Assembly (NCBI GenBank): GCA_012295275.1
Contig: CM022679.1
Span: 24,862,001-24,926,000 of the forward strand
Direction of reading: 5' to 3'
DNA: 64,000 nt
Source: Chrysomallon squamiferum
Lineage: Eukaryota > Animalia > Mollusca
In this document: positions 58,501-64,000 of the stretch, piece after piece
How positions within the stretch are numbered: position 1 is the first letter of the stretch
How the letters are laid out: the number at the start of each line of letters is the position of its first letter
The notes under the pieces: model-generated
The model's input: the letters and a program-made list of their open reading frames with translations, nothing else
The model's database searches: none
What the model was told of the DNA's origin: nothing
Made by a program: the position numbers and the translations under genes

Positions 58501-61500
58501 GAAACTTATTAACATTTTGTTAAAATATTCATAATTCAGCTGTTCTGTCTGTAATTCCACACAAACTTATTCACATTTTGTTAAAATATTCACAGTTCAG
58601 CAGATAGCATGGGAAGTTTACACATGCTTGCAAAGCCTGTATTGTCGTTATCATTACTGACATCGTTTGTCATTATGGGCCATTTTTACTTCATTTATAA
58701 ATGAACCATCATTTCTGTTCAAAATGGAACACGGTTTTCCATACTGATATAGTCCTGCATGGTGCCTTGTGTCAGTCCATGTGACATCAGTGTGGATAAA
58801 GCAATGTCATTTCAAAAGCAAAGTTTTGTTGCAGCCTCCCTGAAATAGACATGACAAAGCCTGGCATATTTTTTTTATATTTAATCAGTAACCCATTTTT
58901 CTTTATTTACCAAGTAAAACAATAGCGTAACCATTCCAGCACTTCAAGTTTTCAAAAGCTAATTTTCTTATGTCAGTATAAAATGAATTTGAGAAATAGT
59001 TTTTTTTTTACTTCTGTACATTTGTGAAAAAAATCTGTCTGAATTGTTGAATTTTATTTCGAGGCTGATTTTCATTTATTTTTGTTTTATTATCTCCTAG
59101 CAATATTCTGCACACTGATCATGAATTCTCTTGATTTATTCTAACAGTTGTAATTTACTGACTACATTTTCTTATCTTTGATGGCATGTGTAATTACACA
59201 TATACACATACATGGATTATCATGATAATGTTAGGCTAAAGAAAAGAAAATAAGAAGTACTGATATTCTTTAGAAGCAAAAGATAATTGAATTGACAAGA
59301 GTGTTTTGCATACTATAACTCATATTATGTTTATGTTGGTGTTACTATTCTAGTGCACACTACATTTTTTTATAATCTTCAGTAATTGTTAATTTATTTT
59401 TACACATGTTCTGATAAAGAAGTTCCTTCTGTGGGGAAATGCGTTCAAATATCTGAACGTCGATTTCCCATAGAGGAAGAAGGGGAGAACTACACTGATG
59501 TGTTGGTATCCCTTCACTCGGATAAAAGTCAGTCTGTTGGAGAGGGAAAAGGGGAGAAGTTCATGGAACAAGCACGTCCAATGGAAAAGGTATAGGTATT
59601 AGTAAATTAATTGGACTCTGTTACTGTTGATAAATAAGTTGTTGATGTTCTGTGGTAGATATTTTGAATAAAATTGGTAACAAACATATTAAAAATCATC
59701 AAATTTCACACAACAAAAAGAATAAAAAATAAATAACAGAGTTCAACTCAGCAGATGGATGTGTAAAGTGGTGTTATATAATTTATCATTTATTTATTGC
59801 ATTTTCCATTGATCAGTAATCAAACTGTGAATATTCAATATGTTTTTAACGCACAGAAATAAACAAAAAATATTTTTAAAATATGAATATTATTATGATT
59901 CTTGTTATTTCAGATGCCTGCAGAGTCTAATCCACATGAAGAAGGTATGAATGTTTATTAATTGGTTTTCATTCACTTCTAAATAATTCTGCATTATAAA
60001 GCTCCAGAAAAAATCCTAAACAAAAGCATACTGACCTGTTTTTTAGATTTATTATCTGTTTTGTAGTTGAAATAGTTAAAGACACAAATGGACATGTTTG
60101 TGTGTGTGTGTGTGTGTGTTTGTGTGAAGAGAAAATAGTTTCTTAGCCTATAAATAAAAAGTAATCTAGACCATTGTTATATTTCTGACAACGACAGTCT
60201 TTGTCATTTACTGTCACATAAATATTACTGTGACAGAATTAGTAATAAGTGTTCATATTATTTCTGTTCTATTAATACTTTTTTTTATAAATAGTTCTAG
60301 TTACAGACTGATTGTCTAATATTAACCATCAAATGAAATTAAATTGTTTTTAAATTTTGTTTATTAATTGGTTTTCATTCACTTCTAAATAAATCTGCAT
60401 TAAAAGTTCCACAAAAAATCCCAAACAAAAGCATAATGACTTGTTTTTATAGATTTATTATCTGCTTTGCAGATTGAAATAGTTAAAAACACAAATGGAC
60501 GTGTGTGTGTGAAGAGAAAATTGTTTAAAAGCAGTTCATGTTTCTTATTTCTGTTTTACAGTGAATCGGGGAAAACCAAACCTGGATGTGTCAGCCATTG
60601 CACCAGAACAAATTTGTAAAGGTATCCTTAAATTTTTCTTTTCATCTGATGTGTCCAGTGATGTATATAAATCACTTACAACAACAGCTATTTTTCCCTT
60701 ATTAATAGTGAAATGCCTGTTCCGCATACAGATAAAAGAAATATATAAATTTCCAAATCTTCTTCTAACAATAATAGTATTATTAATACTTATTTGTATA
60801 AATAGGTCTTGTCTAATATTAACGATCCAGTGAAATTAAACTCTTTTTATAAAAATGATATCAGTATAAGGTAAATAACACACATACACACATGAAATGC
60901 AAATGTATTTATGGATGTATAAACAGCAAAATCTGACAGGACATGCATATAGATATATTATAAAAACATAATTGAAGCACATAACCAGAAATCAATGCCA
61001 ATTTCATACATTTTAGGAGATCCAAAGTTGCTAGGCTGTATTCTGTCCATATTGAAGTGTTAATAGCACTAGATTTACAGCACAAATATTTAAAATATTT
61101 AATGCATAAAATTGTATTAAATCACAAAAATTTAAAATCATCATTATAATTCATTTTGGGAAATGTCATTATCAAGAAAAGTTAGTGATGAAAAACTGTT
61201 TGCCTGGTTTCTTAAAGAAATTGTCTTTGATTACAATGTCTGTAATTCCACGCAAACCTATTAATATTTAGTTAAAATATTCTCAGATAGCATGGCAGGT
61301 TTACAGATACTTGCAAAGCCTGTATTGTCATTATCAATGGTGTCATCTTTTGTCATTATGAGCCATTTTCCTTCATTTATAACATTTCAGTTCAGAATGG
61401 AATGTGGTTTTCTTAAGTCAGTATTATCGGACTATAAAATGACTTAGAGAAATAGAGGATTTTGACTTACCTACAATGTTCAAATGTCATTATTATTGAC

Positions 61501-63742
61501 TTGTATAGCAGCTCCTCACCTTTCAGTTCAGTATATCGAGGTTGTGAAAAAATCAAAGTCTGAATTATTTAGGTTTGAATTTTATTTCATGGCTAATTTT
61601 GATTTTATTATATATATTTTTTAATCATCTAGCCATATTGTGCACACTAATCATGGATTCACCTCATGTAGTCTAACAATTGTATTTTCCATCACAACTG
61701 ACTTACATTTTCTTATCTTTAATGGCATGTCGGTATGTACTTGCACATGTATTTACATACCTGTTGGTATGTACTTACACATGTGTAATCACGATAATGT
61801 TAGGCTAAAGAAAAGAAATTTAAAAGATATATTGATATTATTTAGAAGCAAAAGATAAATGAGTTGACAAGAATGTTTTGTTTACTGTAACTCATATTTT
61901 ATGTTTATGTTGGTGTTTTACTATTCTAGTGCACACTACATTTTTTTTATAATCTTCAGTAAGTGTTAATTTATTTTTGCACATGTTCTGATAAAGAAGT
62001 TCCTTCTGTGGGGAAATCCATTGTCGGAAAGAAAGAAGGGGAGAACTCCACTGATCAAGTAGGTATAGAAATATGTGCTGTGACATAAATTTCTATATCT
62101 GGTCTAAGCCATATCAGTACCTAGTATTAGGAACTGCATAGACATTTGTGTCATGAAATTCGGTTTAACAGCAGCGGGGTCTCACTAGGGGTGTGCCAGT
62201 AAGTCACAGTTAGCAATATTGACCTTCTTTTTACAGACAGAACTAAATGCTGTGACATAAATCTGTATATGTGGTGTAAACCATATTAGCATGTACTGTT
62301 AGGAACTGCATAGACATCTCTGTCATGAAATTCGGTTTAAGAGCAACAGTGTTTTCACTGTGGGTGTTAATGTAAGTTGTCATTAGCAGTATTGACCTTC
62401 TTTTTTATACTGTGACATAAATCTCTTTAATTTAGATTAGAGTCTTGAACATATTTGATTCATTATTTTGTGTAGGTAATGTTCTTTCTGTTTATGTTCT
62501 TAAATGTATCAGTAATTCTAATAAACCTTATTGCTGTATATATGTTCTCACTAATTGATATATCAGAACTGCCACTTTAGAATAAACTATTATTTTTTGC
62601 TATTTGTTACCTTTTTTCATGAGCAGATCATAGGCACATTCTTAATTTTCACCTTTGCTTCTCATGTATCATTGTTTCTATAGGTTTTTCATATTATAAT
62701 AAGTTGTTGCAATTCAGATATTTCTTCACTTTATTTTTGCAGTGTATGAAAAGTGGAAAATGTTGGTCATTTCTTGAAATTCCGTATCCACAAATGAATT
62801 GTGGTGTGACATTTGGATGGGATGACACACTCCAGGTAGTTACATTTTTTTTTTTTTTTTTTTTATGTAAGAACAGTGTTCAGACAGTGATCGGTGAATA
62901 TTCAATATGTATTTAATGCATAGAAACCAAAATACACAAAAATCTGAAAACTGAGGCATTATTATTATTATTATGATTCTTGTTATTTCAGAATCCTACA
63001 GTGCCTGGTCCACCTAAGAAAGGTATGAATGTTTATTAAATGGTTTTCACTCCAAAACCACACTGACATGTTTTTATATTTAAATTTAATATAGATATAT
63101 TACTGAAAACATAAATCGAAACATATCACCAAAACGTTCATATATTTTTGGATATCCAAAATGTATTCAATCCATACTGAAGTGTTAATAGCTAGATGTA
63201 CAGTAAAAATATTTAAAACCACGTACATAAATATTTAAAATCATTAGTACAATTCATTTTAGGAAATAACATCAGAAAGGTTAGTGATGGAAAGACTATG
63301 CCTGGTTTTCTAAACAAATTATCTTTCATTACAGTGTCTGTACTTCCTAGCAAATTTATTAACATTTTGTTAAAATATTCATAATTCAGCTGTTCTGTCT
63401 GTAATTCCACACAAACTTATTCTCATTTTGTTAAAATATTCACAGTTCAGCAGATAGCATGGGAAGTTTACACATGCTTGCAAAGCCTGTATTGTCATTA
63501 TCATCACTGACATCGTTTGTCATTATGGGCCATTTTTACTTCATTTATAAAGACAAGGATGTTTTGTTTACTGTAACTCATATTATGTTTATGTTGGTGT
63601 TTTACTATTCTAGTGCACACTACATTTTTTTTATAATCTTCAGTAAGTGTTAATTTATTTTTGCACATGTTCTGATAAAGAAGTTCCTTCTGTGGGGAAA
63701 TCCATTGTCGGAAAGAAAGAAGGGGAGAACTCCACTGATCAA
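55567..63742 (+). CDS. Candidate unrecognised multi-exon gene built from repeated small exons (disordered, charged modular protein); continues off window
   Basis: Twelve GT-AG-bounded segments chain in phase without stops (see findings). There is no recognised homology and no transcript evidence, and some acceptors are weak. Confidence 0.4.
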
Positions 63743-64000
63743 GTAGGTATAGAAATATGTGCTGTGACATAAATTTCTATATCTGGTCTAAGCCATATCA
63801 GTACCTAGTATTAGGAACTGCATAGACATTTGTGTCATGAAATTCGGTTTAACAGCAGCGGGGTCTCACTAGGGGTGTGCCAGTAAGTCACAGTTAGCAA
63901 TATTGACCTTCTTTTTACAGACAGAACTAAATGCTGTGACATAAATCTGTATATGTTGTGTAAACCATATTAGCATGTACTGTTAGGAACTGCATAGACA
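55670..64000. repeat. Nested tandem segmental duplication block
   Basis: ~56530-58690 recurs at ~61430-63550 (offset ~4.85 kb); 55670-56030 recurs at 59680-60030 (offset 4.0 kb); 57020-57470 recurs a third time from ~63555; an older, more diverged internal copy pairs ~56090-57200 with ~58430-59480. Near-identical ORFs appear in the track (MSQHIFLYLLDQW x3, MELQTEQLNYEY x2). Confidence 0.92.

Overview
AT-rich, microsatellite-rich, intron-dense animal genomic DNA (the 5S rRNA sequence resembles mollusc 5S; taxon is inference). From left to right: (1) the first two coding exons of ATAD1/Msp1 (minus strand, running off the window); (2) a single intact 5S rRNA gene, a LINE RT scrap and a decayed 5S copy; (3) a 34-exon aldehyde oxidase/xanthine dehydrogenase-family gene (minus, ~1,300 aa) carrying two single-base frameshifts and a non-XDH active site; (4) a pogo/Tigger-like MITE; (5) a complete 14-exon PRIMPOL gene (plus) with an intronic fold-back hairpin and a deleted Tc1/mariner element; (6) the 3' two-thirds of EXOC7/Exo70 (minus), cut by a 200-N scaffold gap; (7) beyond the gap, a decayed Ulp1/SENP-type protease and a nested tandem and inverted duplication block. 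In that block, repeated small GT-AG exons (including four 31-nt microexons) can be chained in phase into one stop-free, unrecognised modular protein. All exon structures were read by hand, with no transcript support.
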